64,000 nucleotides of DNA from assembly GCA_965203355.1 (NCBI GenBank), contig OZ241889.1, positions 1,056,001 through 1,120,000 on the forward strand, in the 5' to 3' direction. Position numbers and translations under genes: made by a program. This document shows, in pieces, positions 19,949 through 28,987 of the stretch. Within the stretch, counting starts at the first letter, position 1, and each line of letters begins with the position of its first letter. This DNA is from Candidatus Latescibacterota bacterium (GTDB lineage Bacteria; Latescibacterota; UBA2968; UBA8231). The notes below the pieces were generated by a model that saw only the letters and a list, made by a program, of their open reading frames with translations, was not told where the DNA came from and searched no databases.

Positions 19949-20851
19949 CTATTTCGCTTGGAACTGCTCGATTAGTCGGCGCACGTCTGAGTGCCCGTCA
20001 ACGCCGCGACCGGGATGGATGATCAGCCGGTAGCAGAAGACGGCTTTGTCGCCGCCGGGGATGGTCAGGCTCGCGTCTAGGCTTTTGTCGCCCTTGAAAT
20101 CGCGGACTCCAAAGGGATTGGCGGTGAATAACCCGTAGCCGCGCACATGCCAGTAGGTCGGGTGGCGGGGATTGTCGCGGTGATCGACGACGGTGTGGCC
20201 CCACTCCTCGCCGTCGGCTACCGGCCCGGAATAATCCACCCAAGCCGCCGGCTGGCCCCAAGTGACTTCCGCGCCTTGGCCATTTTCAAAGACTTGGCCG
20301 GCGGCATTTTCAATCCGTCCCGCCCCCTTGGCATCCATGGAAGTCGGCACCCGGATCGCAAACAGCCCGCCTTCTTTGGTGTCGCCAAAGGTCGCGTCGC
20401 CGTAGCGGGCCCGGAATTCGCTGCGCTGGTCCAAGATGCGCAACGCACCTTGGGCGCGGATGGCGATGGTGCGCCGCTCCTCCAACAGCTTCTCGCCCTC
20501 TGGCCCGAACCAATCGACGATTCCGTCGATCTGCGCGGTGCCGTCGGCTGTGCCTACGACCGGCTCGCCCCGTTGCAGCATGGCTCCGTGGCCGGTGCCT
20601 TCGGACCAGAGGTCGTGGCCGTTGACGAGGCCGTGAGCGGTGTAGATGCCGCGATGGTGGTAGTGGTCCTGCGTTTCGCCTGCGACATCTTCCATTGGAT
20701 AGGCGCGGGTAAGGCCGGTGCCGCTGGGCGTCAGCACGGGATAGAAGTACGGGCGGCACACGTAGTGGCCGTAGCGGTATTCGGTAAAAAGCTGGCCGTC
20801 GATGGTGACGACGGCCTTGCAGTCGGCGGGAATTAGCTCGATAGCGATCAT
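19949..20851 (-). CDS. DUF6807 ('PmoA-family') protein
   Basis: RPYFYPV, DHYHHRGI, FGDTKEG, WVDYSG, WHVRGYGLFTANPFG; RBS AAGGAAG. Confidence 0.75.
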   Translation of the reverse strand: MIAIELIPADCKAVVTIDGQLFTEYRYGHYVCRPYFYPVLTPSGTGLTRAYPMEDVAGETQDHYHHRGIYTAHGLVNGHDLWSEGTGHGAMLQRGEPVVGTADGTAQIDGIVDWFGPEGEKLLEERRTIAIRAQGALRILDQRSEFRARYGDATFGDTKEGGLFAIRVPTSMDAKGAGRIENAAGQVFENGQGAEVTWGQPAAWVDYSGPVADGEEWGHTVVDHRDNPRHPTYWHVRGYGLFTANPFGVRDFKGDKSLDASLTIPGGDKAVFCYRLIIHPGRGVDGHSDVRRLIEQFQAK

Positions 20852-20864
20852 CGCTTCCTTTCGG

Positions 20865-22205
20865 TTATGCGGCTCGGCCACAGCAGTGCTTGTACTTCTT
20901 GCCGCTGCCGCAGGCGCACGGGTCGTTGCGGCCCGGGGCCTTTTGGTGCAGAGCCGCCTTGACCGCGTCCCTTTTTCTGGCCCATTCCATCACGCCGACA
21001 GCCGGTCGGCCTTGCCGCAGTTCATTGGCCATAAAGCGCATGTAGGGATCGACGTGCCCGAAGTACATTTTGTACCCCTTGCACAAGTAGTTGAGGCCGT
21101 CTTCGCCACGCGGGGTTTTGGTAAAGCGGTGCTTGGGGCAGCCGCCGTTGCAGGCGAAGCGATACGCGCATTCGACGCAGTACTGGGGCAGCGCGTCCTT
21201 TTTGTCCTGCCCGAACTTGGTTTGCCGTGGGCTGGCGACCATGTCGCGGATGCTTTCCTCGTGGACATTGCCTAGCCGATAATCCGAATAGACGAAATGG
21301 TCGCAGGAGTACAAGTCGCCGTTGTGCTCGATGATCAGGGCCTTGCCGCAGGTCTCGGCGAAGATGCACAGGCTCGCATTTTGGCCGAGCCACGAGCCGA
21401 GCGTCACGTCAAAAAGCTGCACAAAGACTTGGCCGACGTCGTTGCGCACCCATTCGTCGAATATCGCGCAGAGGAACTTGCCGTACTGCCCTGACCCCAC
21501 CGACCATTTGGAGACCGGCGCCCGGCCCTCGTATTCGGGATCGACTAAGGACAGCCCGTCCGCGTCTGGCTGGTGCGCGACGCGCTCGACGATGGGGATA
21601 AACTGCATAAACCCCGAGCCTACTTCGCGCAGGAAGCGGTAGATTTCGAGCGGATGATCGGCGTTGTGGTTTTGCAGTACGGTCAGAGTGTTGAATTCCA
21701 CCCCGTGCTTTTTGAGCGTTTGCAGACCGGCGGACACGCGGTCGTAGGTCGGCTTCTGGCCCTTGTCAACTCGGTAGTGGTCGTGGTATTGGCGCGGCCC
21801 ATCGATCGACAGCCCGATTAGGAATTTGTTTTCGGCGAGGAACGCGCCCCACTCGTCATTGAGGAGGATGCCGTTGGTTTGGAAGGCATTGGTTACTAGC
21901 TTGCCGTTGGCGTATTGCTGCTGTAGCTCGACTGCGCGGCGGAAAAAGTTTAAGCCCATCAGGGTTGGCTCGCCGCCCTGCCAAGCGAATTCTACCTGCT
22001 GCACATCTTGGGCCTCGATGTACTGCTTGACGTATAGCTCAAGCGTCTCGTCGGACATGCGCCAATTTTTGTGCGCGTCTGGGTAGAGCTTTTCTTTTTC
22101 GAGGTAGAAGCAGTACTTGCAGTCGATGTTGCAGACCGAGCCCGAGGGCTTGGCCATCACGTGGCAAGACGCCGGAGCAGCAGTCGGTATGGTCGCAGTT
22201 TCCAT
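20865..22205 (-). CDS. Anaerobic sulfatase-maturating radical SAM enzyme (anSME/AslB-like) with SPASM domain and SEC-C tail
   Basis: KPSGSVCNIDCKYCFY, WQGGEPTL, YSCDHFV, C..C.....C.GGCPK, GRNDPCACGSGKKYKHCC. Confidence 0.93.
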   Translation of the reverse strand: METATIPTAAPASCHVMAKPSGSVCNIDCKYCFYLEKEKLYPDAHKNWRMSDETLELYVKQYIEAQDVQQVEFAWQGGEPTLMGLNFFRRAVELQQQYANGKLVTNAFQTNGILLNDEWGAFLAENKFLIGLSIDGPRQYHDHYRVDKGQKPTYDRVSAGLQTLKKHGVEFNTLTVLQNHNADHPLEIYRFLREVGSGFMQFIPIVERVAHQPDADGLSLVDPEYEGRAPVSKWSVGSGQYGKFLCAIFDEWVRNDVGQVFVQLFDVTLGSWLGQNASLCIFAETCGKALIIEHNGDLYSCDHFVYSDYRLGNVHEESIRDMVASPRQTKFGQDKKDALPQYCVECAYRFACNGGCPKHRFTKTPRGEDGLNYLCKGYKMYFGHVDPYMRFMANELRQGRPAVGVMEWARKRDAVKAALHQKAPGRNDPCACGSGKKYKHCCGRAA

Positions 22206-22274
22206 CAGGGCCTATCTTGAAGCGGTGAGTATGATAGCGTTTGCCCTTCCGCAATGCAAATATAGGAAAATCTA

Positions 22275-22958
22275 ATGCGCACCATTTTCGTCGGCGATGT
22301 CCACGGCTGCGCCGCTGAGTTTGCCGCCTTCTTGGCAAAGATACGTTACGACCGATCTCAAGATCGCCTGTTGCTGACCGGCGATGCCTTTGCTCGCGGC
22401 CCGGACCCGCTGGCCGTGTGGCAGTTGATCCAAGATACCCACGCCGAAATGGTTTTGGGCAACCACGACGCGCGCCTCTTGAAGCAACTAAATGCCTTAG
22501 GGAAGGGCCGCCAGCCCAAAGTGAAGTTCCCCGACCAGCGCTATACCCTCGCCCAGCTTCAGCCGGCCCACGAAGAAATCCTCGCTTGGCTTCGGCTGTG
22601 TCCGCTCTACATGGCCGAAGACGCTTTCTTGCTGGTCCACGCCGGTGTCCACCCGAAAAAGGGCTTACAAGGCACCCGCCGCAAAGAATTCCTCAAGATC
22701 CGCACTTGGCCGCCCTCGGACGATCTCGCCAGCCCGCGCTGGCACGATTTCTACGAGCCGGAGTACCCCCTGATCGTCTTTGGCCACGACGCGCCCGGCG
22801 GCTTGGTGGTCAAAAAGCGCGCGGGCCGTCCCTACCTTATCGGCCTTGACTCGGGCTGCATTTACGGCGGCCAGCTCAGTGGTTATGTGCTTGAAGAAGC
22901 GCGGCTCGTGCAGGTGGAGAGCCAGCAAGCGGCGCAGGTGTGGAAGCGGCTTGCTTAG
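22275..22958 (+). CDS. Metallophosphoesterase (ApaH/PrpE-like)
   Basis: GDVHGC, GD..ARGPD, GNHD, VHAG, FGH, GLDSGCIYGG. Confidence 0.85.
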   Translation: MRTIFVGDVHGCAAEFAAFLAKIRYDRSQDRLLLTGDAFARGPDPLAVWQLIQDTHAEMVLGNHDARLLKQLNALGKGRQPKVKFPDQRYTLAQLQPAHEEILAWLRLCPLYMAEDAFLLVHAGVHPKKGLQGTRRKEFLKIRTWPPSDDLASPRWHDFYEPEYPLIVFGHDAPGGLVVKKRAGRPYLIGLDSGCIYGGQLSGYVLEEARLVQVESQQAAQVWKRLA

Positions 22959-24109
22959 GCGAGGTCGCCGTTCCAGAGCATTTGGACGAAGGTGGCTGCG
23001 GGCAGGATGTCGATGCCGTCGTCCGTGCGGTGCGCCCGGGGTTCGAGGCACGCGACCACTCGTCGGCTGACGCTCGGATGATCTGCTACTAGGCTGCGCA
23101 GCCCTTTCAAGTGGTTGCCAACGATGTGATTGCTCGCCTTGGCCTCGACCGCTATCCGCATGTCGCCCAAGATAAAATCGACCTCGGTGCCGCCGGCTAG
23201 ACGCCAATAAGTCAGTTCGCCGTCGAACGCTTGATAGTCGGCAAACGCGGTCAATTCGTGGAACACCCAGTTTTCAAATGCCTTGCCGTATAGCTCCGAT
23301 CCCGGTAGCAGTTGGCCCCGGTGGGCGAGTCGGTTGGCTACGCCAACATCCGCAAAATAGAACTTCGGCGCGGCAACCACTCTGCGCTTGGGACGCCGGC
23401 GGAAGGCGGGCAACCAGCGCCCGAGCAGCGCGTCTTCGAGAATCTCGTAGTAGCTCCGCGCCGTGTGACTGGTGACGCCGCACGCCGGGGCGATATTAGA
23501 GAAGTTGACCATTTCGGTATCGCCTAGCGCGGCGGCGGCTAAAAATCCAGCAAACGCCGGCAAACTGCGGACCAGCCCTTCGGCCGCGACTTCCTCCTTG
23601 AGATAGTCGGCGACATAAGCGTCGAGCAACCGCGCCGGCCGGGTGTTGGCGTAGATTCGGGGCAGGTAGCCGTGGTTGAGGAGGCGGGTGAGATCAAAGT
23701 CGGCGCCGAGTTCCCGCGCGGTCAGCCCGTGTAGTTGGTGTCGCACGGCCCGTCCGCCGAGCAGGTTGGCACCTCCGCGCCGCACCTTGCGGGCACTGGA
23801 ACCGCACAGAGCGAAACACAACCCTCGGTTTTCGATCAGCCAATGCACCTCGTCGAGCAGCGCAGGTACCTTCTGAATCTCATCAATGACGATCTGGCGC
23901 TTGGGATCGAATCCTGTGGCCTCGATTTCATGACGCAAAAACTCTGGATTGGCGACGTACCGCCTGAACTCGTCTGCCTTTAGGAGGTCGAGCCACAGGC
24001 CGTCGGCGTACTGGTGTTTTAGCAGGGTGCTTTTGCCCGCCTGTCGCGGCCCCCAAAGGAAAAACGTCTCGGTGCCGGACGCGGGTAGGTTCAGAGCTCG
24101 CTCGTACAT
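22955..24109 (-). CDS. AAA_14 ATPase with DUF4143 (PD-(D/E)XK-like) C-terminus
   Basis: GPRQAGKST, IDEIQK, GSSARK, PKFYFADVG, GKAFEN, EVDF..VEAK. Confidence 0.88.
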   Translation of the reverse strand: MYERALNLPASGTETFFLWGPRQAGKSTLLKHQYADGLWLDLLKADEFRRYVANPEFLRHEIEATGFDPKRQIVIDEIQKVPALLDEVHWLIENRGLCFALCGSSARKVRRGGANLLGGRAVRHQLHGLTARELGADFDLTRLLNHGYLPRIYANTRPARLLDAYVADYLKEEVAAEGLVRSLPAFAGFLAAAALGDTEMVNFSNIAPACGVTSHTARSYYEILEDALLGRWLPAFRRRPKRRVVAAPKFYFADVGVANRLAHRGQLLPGSELYGKAFENWVFHELTAFADYQAFDGELTYWRLAGGTEVDFILGDMRIAVEAKASNHIVGNHLKGLRSLVADHPSVSRRVVACLEPRAHRTDDGIDILPAATFVQMLWNGDLA

Positions 24110-24125
24110 GAACTTAAAATTAACG

Positions 24126-24187
24126 TGTAAATTTGAAATAGCTATTCAAAATTGCATGATAATTTGAAGTAGCGGTTCAAAATTACA
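24126..24187. promoter_or_regulatory. Tandem palindromic operators TTTGAA-N7-TTCAAA (31-bp period)
   Basis: AATTTGAAATAGCTATTCAAAATTGCA and AATTTGAAGTAGCGGTTCAAAATTACA immediately upstream of the AAA-DUF4143 start. Confidence 0.6.
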
Positions 24188-24234
24188 GAAAAATAAAGGC
24201 ACCCGGACGCGCCTTCAGGAAGCGATCTATTGCC

Positions 24235-24436
24235 TCAAACGTAGTACATGACTTCGTGCGCTTGTGCCTGCGCGATGTCGTAGGCTGCTTGCAGCCGTAT
24301 CCAAGTAGCCGAAGGTTTTGGCGAGGCGGATGGCCATATCGGCCGACATGTGTGCGCGACGATTCACCAAATTCGAGAGGGCTTGGCGACTGACGCCGAG
24401 GCTCTTCGCGCCTTCGGCGACGTCCTTTCTGGGCAC
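24235..24436 (-). pseudogene. higA: HigA-family antitoxin remnant (frameshifted)
   Basis: AKSLGVSRQALSNLVN....SADMAIRLAKTFG in one frame and TWIRLQAAYDIAQA in another; the N-terminal HPG motif is missing. Confidence 0.7.
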
Positions 24437-24531
24437 TGGTTATCAATAGAGTGGAGTAAAACACTATGGGGCGATCTAGACATTGCCCTTGACTTTTTTT
24501 GGTCTATATTTGGTCCGAAAAGGAGGTGCCT

Positions 24532-24807
24532 ATGAAACTGTCCAGCCAGATTAAGCCGATCAGCTATCTCAAGGCCCACGCCGCTGAGATCGTGCGCACA
24601 CTTGGAGATCAACCAGAACCCTTGATTATCACTCAAAATGGCGAAGCCAAAGCGGTCATGCAGGATATAGACAGCTACGAGCAGATGCAGGAAACAGTTG
24701 CATTGCTCAAGATTCTCGCGCTGGGTAGCCGGCAGATCGAAGCAGGTCAGGTGCAGCCCGCCGCCGATGTCGTCGCCCGGCTCCGGGAGCGGCCACGGGA
24801 TCGCTGA
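24532..24807 (+). CDS. Phd/YefM family antitoxin
   Basis: IKPISYLKAHAAEIV, PLIITQNGEAKAV; RBS AAGGAGG. Confidence 0.88.
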   Translation: MKLSSQIKPISYLKAHAAEIVRTLGDQPEPLIITQNGEAKAVMQDIDSYEQMQETVALLKILALGSRQIEAGQVQPAADVVARLRERPRDR

Positions 24808-25133
24808 TGGCTTGCTTGGTTCAGTTGACTGCTGACGCAACGCGCGATTTGGAGGAAATATGCGATTCCATCGATCGGCATGATGTGCCGGGTCGGGCGG
24901 CTTATGTGCTGGAGCAGATTGAGCAGGCTTTCGGCCGCCTTTCTGAATATCCCGAGCGGGGAAACTACCTGATGGAACTGCTGGACATTGGCATTCGGGA
25001 ATACCGCGAGATATTCTCCAAACCCTACCGCATCATCTATCGGATAATAAAAAATAACGTCTATGTGCTCTTGATCGCCGATGGACGACGCGACATGCAG
25101 ACGTTGCTACAGCGGCGCTTGCTGTGGGCGTAA
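24807..25133 (+). CDS. RelE/ParE family toxin
   Basis: DATRDLEEI, YPERG, YRIIYRI, VYVLLIADGRRDM; TGATG coupling to the antitoxin. Confidence 0.88.
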   Translation: MACLVQLTADATRDLEEICDSIDRHDVPGRAAYVLEQIEQAFGRLSEYPERGNYLMELLDIGIREYREIFSKPYRIIYRIIKNNVYVLLIADGRRDMQTLLQRRLLWA

Positions 25134-25165
25134 TTTTCATGATCTCCGACTGGGGCACAGCGGCT

Positions 25166-25320
25166 CATAAGTCGCGCTCCCGACCGATCCCGTTCAGATC
25201 GTCGAGGCTGTAGTTGAATACGACTTACTGGGCGTAGAGGTAGCCTCAGCTAAAAGTGCTCATGTACTGGGCGACGGCGAAGGATAAGGCCAAGCAGCAA
25301 GCGAAGATGATGCGGATTAT
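25166..25320 (-). pseudogene. Decayed secreted-protein gene downstream of WYL-type promoter copy 2
   Basis: Frame reads I(ATA)IRIIFACCLALSFAVAQYMSTFS*GYLYAQ*VVFNYSLDDLNGIGRERDL*: signal-peptide-like start with ATG>ATA and in-frame stops. Confidence 0.35.
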
Positions 25321-25344
25321 GTGGGGTGAGATGAGTTTTTACTC

Positions 25345-25392
25345 AACTTAGCCCACAGGTGCGACAGATCGCGTCGCAGGCGGAAAATTTTT
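25345..25392 (-). promoter_or_regulatory. Putative WYL-activated promoter, copy 2 (TGCGAC-N7-GTCGCA; TGTCGC-N10-TAAGTT)
   Basis: Palindrome at 25360-25378; -10-like TAAGTT at 25350-25345; 31/36 identical to 28952-28987. Confidence 0.7.
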
Positions 25393-26338
25393 ATGGCCGA
25401 ATCAAGTGCTCGACAAGTTCTAGTGCATCCACCGGCCAATAGCACGCTGGGCGAGGTTGATGGACATTGGGGTCTCCTTCCCTTGGTCGGCAGTTCAAGA
25501 GCCGGTCCACCCACCGCTCGGGGATGGCTTCTCGTCCATGCAGTGCGCCCAGCAGTGCGCCGCAGATGGCGGCGTTGGTGTCGGTGTCGCCGCCCCTGTG
25601 GACGGTATCTACGACAGCTTCCTCGAGATTCTCGGCGTGGAGCAGTTGCCATAGCGCGTTTTGGAACGCCGTCAGAACCAAGCCCTGTTCGTGCATATAA
25701 TCCGGCGGTGAAGTGATCGCGCTGTCGATGGCCGACATGAGCGTCGGTGCCGCTGGAATATCCGCGGCCCAGATCTTTATCTGTTTGTACAGCTCTTGGG
25801 GGCCGCATCCGGTGCGGACCGCGCAGGCAATGGCCGAAGCATAGAGCGAGTTGGCTTGCTGGCAGACCGGATGGGGATGCGTGAGTGCCGCGTCCTCGCA
25901 CGCCCATGATGCCACTTGCTCTAATTCGTAGTTAGCGCCGAAGATGCCCAGCGGGCTGATCCGCATCATGGCTCCGTTCGCTTGGCTACACTGATCGCGT
26001 TCACCTTGGAGGCCGCGGCGAATGGTGGTGCCGTAGTCGAACGGCTCAGAGTTGAACCAGCCGACATAAGCATCACGGGCAAGTGTTGGATCGTATCTGT
26101 TGTGTTGCGCCAGCACTCGGGCTAGGGCTAGCGCCATTTCGGAATCGTCCGTTGGTTGCCCGGCGATCGTGTTCCAAACCTCGCTGCCCTCGAGGTCGCG
26201 GACTCCGGCGGGGTGCTCGAACTGAATATCCTCGGGGCTTTGAAATTCCACTTGGCTGCCCAGCGCATCCCCGGCAAGTTGGCCCAGCAAGCAACCTTGA
26301 GCGCGCGCGAGGGTGTGGTCTCTTTCGCATATAGTCAT
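25391..26338 (-). CDS. ADP-ribosylglycohydrolase (DraG/ARH family)
   Basis: GCLLGQLAGDALG, PTDDSEMA, ANGAMMRISP, LTHPHP, GGDTDTNAAICGALLG. Confidence 0.92.
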   Translation of the reverse strand: MTICERDHTLARAQGCLLGQLAGDALGSQVEFQSPEDIQFEHPAGVRDLEGSEVWNTIAGQPTDDSEMALALARVLAQHNRYDPTLARDAYVGWFNSEPFDYGTTIRRGLQGERDQCSQANGAMMRISPLGIFGANYELEQVASWACEDAALTHPHPVCQQANSLYASAIACAVRTGCGPQELYKQIKIWAADIPAAPTLMSAIDSAITSPPDYMHEQGLVLTAFQNALWQLLHAENLEEAVVDTVHRGGDTDTNAAICGALLGALHGREAIPERWVDRLLNCRPREGDPNVHQPRPACYWPVDALELVEHLIRP

Positions 26339-26341
26339 TTA

Positions 26342-28411
26342 TCAAAAACCCATTTTGCGTGAATGATTCGGCTTAGCTTCGCACTCGGCGCACAGCAATT
26401 CTGCGAGCGCCTTGGCGTCTTGCAGGTGGCCGAGGATTTCGGCTTTGCGGCGGACTACGGCGAAATCACCTGGGGTCAGAGTGGAGAGGTCGCCGATTGC
26501 AGGCGGAGCTTCGAGCGCGAAATAGGTGTGGAACGCCGCTTGCGACTGGTCGGGGGTGAGATAGTCGAGCGCGATTTTGAAGGTGAAGCGGCGCAAGGTG
26601 GCCGGGTCGAGGTTTTCGCCGAAGTTGGTCGTACAGGCAAACGGCAGGGGGTGGCTCTCCATCCAAGTCAGCATTTCGTTGACTTGGCTGACTTCCCAGG
26701 AACGCACGGCACCGCGGCGGTCGGCGAGCAGGGAGTCGGCCTCGTCAAAGACGAGAATAGACTTTTCGGCACGTGCTTCGGCAAAGGCCGCGGCGATTCG
26801 CTGTTCGGTTTCGCCGACCCACTTGGACAAGAGGTCAGAAGCCCGCTTGTGGGTGACTTGGAGGCCGAGGCGTTCGGCTAGGTAGCGGACGAATGCGCTC
26901 TTGCCGGTGCCGGGCGGACCTTGCAGGCAAAGAGAGAAGTTCTGGCCGCTGGTTTTTGCGAGGCGATCCGCGAGTTGGACCGGGTCGGTATCGGCTTGGA
27001 CTAGGGCGAGGTCGAATCGCTCAGGAGGCCCCTGATTTGCGGGGGGCTTCTCGCCCACAATCACTTTGGCCAAACTGCGGACGCCGAGGCGCACTGCGGT
27101 GAGGTCGCCGCCGCAGAGGCCGGCCGCGGCGATGGCCCCAGACGCTACGCCAGGTGTCACATCGAATTCCTTGGCGAGGGCGTGCGTATCCGCGTCTGTC
27201 GCCTTGATGTTGCGGCGCGCCAACTCCCGTTTCCAGATACGCGCCCTAACTTGGGGCGGCGGCTTGCGCAACTCTAGGGCAAAGGTCATGCGGCGTAGGA
27301 GGGTGGCACAGGTTTGCCTAGCGGAGTTTGAGGTCCACAGCGTGGGCACGGGTGCGCGTTCTAGCACCCGGTTTAGGAATACCTTGGAACCGCCGGAGTG
27401 GAGCGTGGAGTAGCGGCTTGGGGCAAAGGGTATCCAGCCTGGATCTGAAAGTAAGTCCTCCATTTCGTCGAAGAGCAGGATTGACCCACGGCCCGACGCT
27501 AGCAAGCGCTGGGTGAGCCGAAGTTCTCGAAGACGCTCTTCCCGGTCGAGCTCGCGAATTCGCTCGTTCTCTTCGCCGACAGTATAGAGGTTCGCTTCGA
27601 GCCGGGCGGCCAGCGTCTTGCAAAACTCGGTCTTGCCGGTTCCCGGCGGGCCGTACACCAAGATATTTACGCCCGGTGTGCCTGCATCCAGTGCGCCTTT
27701 GAGCATTTTTTCGATATGATTGCGTTCCTCTGCTACGTGATCGAAATCCGCCCACGCTAGCTCGCCCGGGGCCGCCGTGTCGAGCAGTAGGCGACACACG
27801 TCGAGATCGCTATCGCCTGGGGCGGAGACCAGCCGTAGCAGTCGCTTGGCGAAGCCGATATCTCCGTCGTTATCGACTGACACAAGCCCGAATTCCACAA
27901 GCGGTGCATCAGCCGCGAAGCGGGCGCGGAATGCACTGCCCGATAGGCCGAGCAGGCAGGGTAGGACCGGCTCCATGACATTGAAGAGTCGATGTCTGCG
28001 TATAGCTCGCAAAGAATCGCCCAAATCCTCAAAGATCGGCTGGGTTTCGCAGCGAATCCACAGCTCTACGAGCGCGAGGTCGGTCGGCGCGAGGTCCATT
28101 TCCCGCTCAAGCCGCTGGATTTGTCGCGCTATGCGGTCTTTTCGCGTCTTTTTACGAGCCGCTACGCACTTTTTGTACTCTTTTTCGATAACCTCCCGCA
28201 GGACCTTCCAATCCCGGGCGGACAATCTCTTTTTGTCACGGCAGTGCTTCCATAGGTCGCTCAGCACCTCGTTCCCGTCACCGAGCGCGAGGATGTTTTG
28301 GTTCTGGGCGAGCCAACTAGCTAATGCCGTCTGTTCGGGGATGTGGTGGAAGCGCGAGACGGCGTTGGAAAGGTAAAAGAGAAGAAGCTGTCGTTCGTAG
28401 GCGTTGAGCAT
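26342..28411 (-). CDS. Tandem (double) AAA+ ATPase with helical/wHTH-like N-terminus
   Basis: Walker A GPPGTGKT with Walker B LLFDEMED; second GPPGTGKS with LVFDEADS; TTN, LDPATLRRF; terminal MGF. Confidence 0.9.
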   Translation of the reverse strand: MLNAYERQLLLFYLSNAVSRFHHIPEQTALASWLAQNQNILALGDGNEVLSDLWKHCRDKKRLSARDWKVLREVIEKEYKKCVAARKKTRKDRIARQIQRLEREMDLAPTDLALVELWIRCETQPIFEDLGDSLRAIRRHRLFNVMEPVLPCLLGLSGSAFRARFAADAPLVEFGLVSVDNDGDIGFAKRLLRLVSAPGDSDLDVCRLLLDTAAPGELAWADFDHVAEERNHIEKMLKGALDAGTPGVNILVYGPPGTGKTEFCKTLAARLEANLYTVGEENERIRELDREERLRELRLTQRLLASGRGSILLFDEMEDLLSDPGWIPFAPSRYSTLHSGGSKVFLNRVLERAPVPTLWTSNSARQTCATLLRRMTFALELRKPPPQVRARIWKRELARRNIKATDADTHALAKEFDVTPGVASGAIAAAGLCGGDLTAVRLGVRSLAKVIVGEKPPANQGPPERFDLALVQADTDPVQLADRLAKTSGQNFSLCLQGPPGTGKSAFVRYLAERLGLQVTHKRASDLLSKWVGETEQRIAAAFAEARAEKSILVFDEADSLLADRRGAVRSWEVSQVNEMLTWMESHPLPFACTTNFGENLDPATLRRFTFKIALDYLTPDQSQAAFHTYFALEAPPAIGDLSTLTPGDFAVVRRKAEILGHLQDAKALAELLCAECEAKPNHSRKMGF

Positions 28412-28438
28412 GGTTTCTCCCTCGAAATGACGCGGTGC

Positions 28439-28909
28439 TTACTGCGATACTAAAATCGCTAGATCGACATCTACTCCATCAAAAAGCGACTCTATCGCAA
28501 TACTTAAGAGAACCCTGTTAGAATCTACGATTAGGAGAGAGCCTTCGCCGACGACGAGGAACGGCGTCTCCAACTCGTCCTGTTCGGGTATGATCGATAC
28601 CGCAGATATTATGAGATAGTCTAGCGGCATGTATGCTACTGCGTCCGGTCCGAGGTGGGTGAGTGCTGTCTTGAGATAAAGGGCTTGGAAGGTTGTGGGC
28701 GTTATCCGTTCATCCTCAATGAAAATATCGCCGTCCTCGTCATAGAGGGAACGGGATAGTTGCCGCTCGATGATGATTCCTCCTCTGGGCGGCCCGGTTT
28801 CTCCCTGTGGCCCTTGCGGTCCGGCTGGTCCCATCGGTCCGGCGGGACCTTCGCAGGCGACAAGGCCGAAGGCCAACATAGCTGCTAAAAAAGAAAAGCG
28901 AGTAAGCAT
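28439..28909 (-). CDS. Collagen-like lipoprotein
   Basis: Lipobox LVAC (Cys19) followed by 7 Gly-X-Y triplets (GPAGPMGPAGPQGPQGETGPP); RBS AAGGAGG. Confidence 0.8.
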   Translation of the reverse strand: MLTRFSFLAAMLAFGLVACEGPAGPMGPAGPQGPQGETGPPRGGIIIERQLSRSLYDEDGDIFIEDERITPTTFQALYLKTALTHLGPDAVAYMPLDYLIISAVSIIPEQDELETPFLVVGEGSLLIVDSNRVLLSIAIESLFDGVDVDLAILVSQ

Positions 28910-28939
28910 TGCACACCTCCTTTTAGTTGTGGTAAAGGA

Positions 28940-28987
28940 AACTTATTTAGGAGGTGCGACAGATCACGTCGCAGACAGAAGTTTTTT
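28940..28987 (-). promoter_or_regulatory. Putative WYL-activated promoter, copy 1 (TGCGAC-N7-GTCGCA; TGTCGC-N10-TAAGTT)
   Basis: Palindrome at 28955-28973; TAAGTT at 28945-28940; about 30 nt upstream of the lipoprotein ATG. Confidence 0.72.

Noticed and set aside
19949-20851. Methane monooxygenase, suggested by the 'PmoA' family label
   Set aside because: This is a soluble beta-rich DUF6807-type protein with no TM helices and no pmoB/pmoC.
26342-28411. Assignment to IetAS, or to FtsH/Cdc48 housekeeping ATPases
   Set aside because: No S8 protease partner, and no TM, zinc-protease or Cdc48 N-domain is evident.
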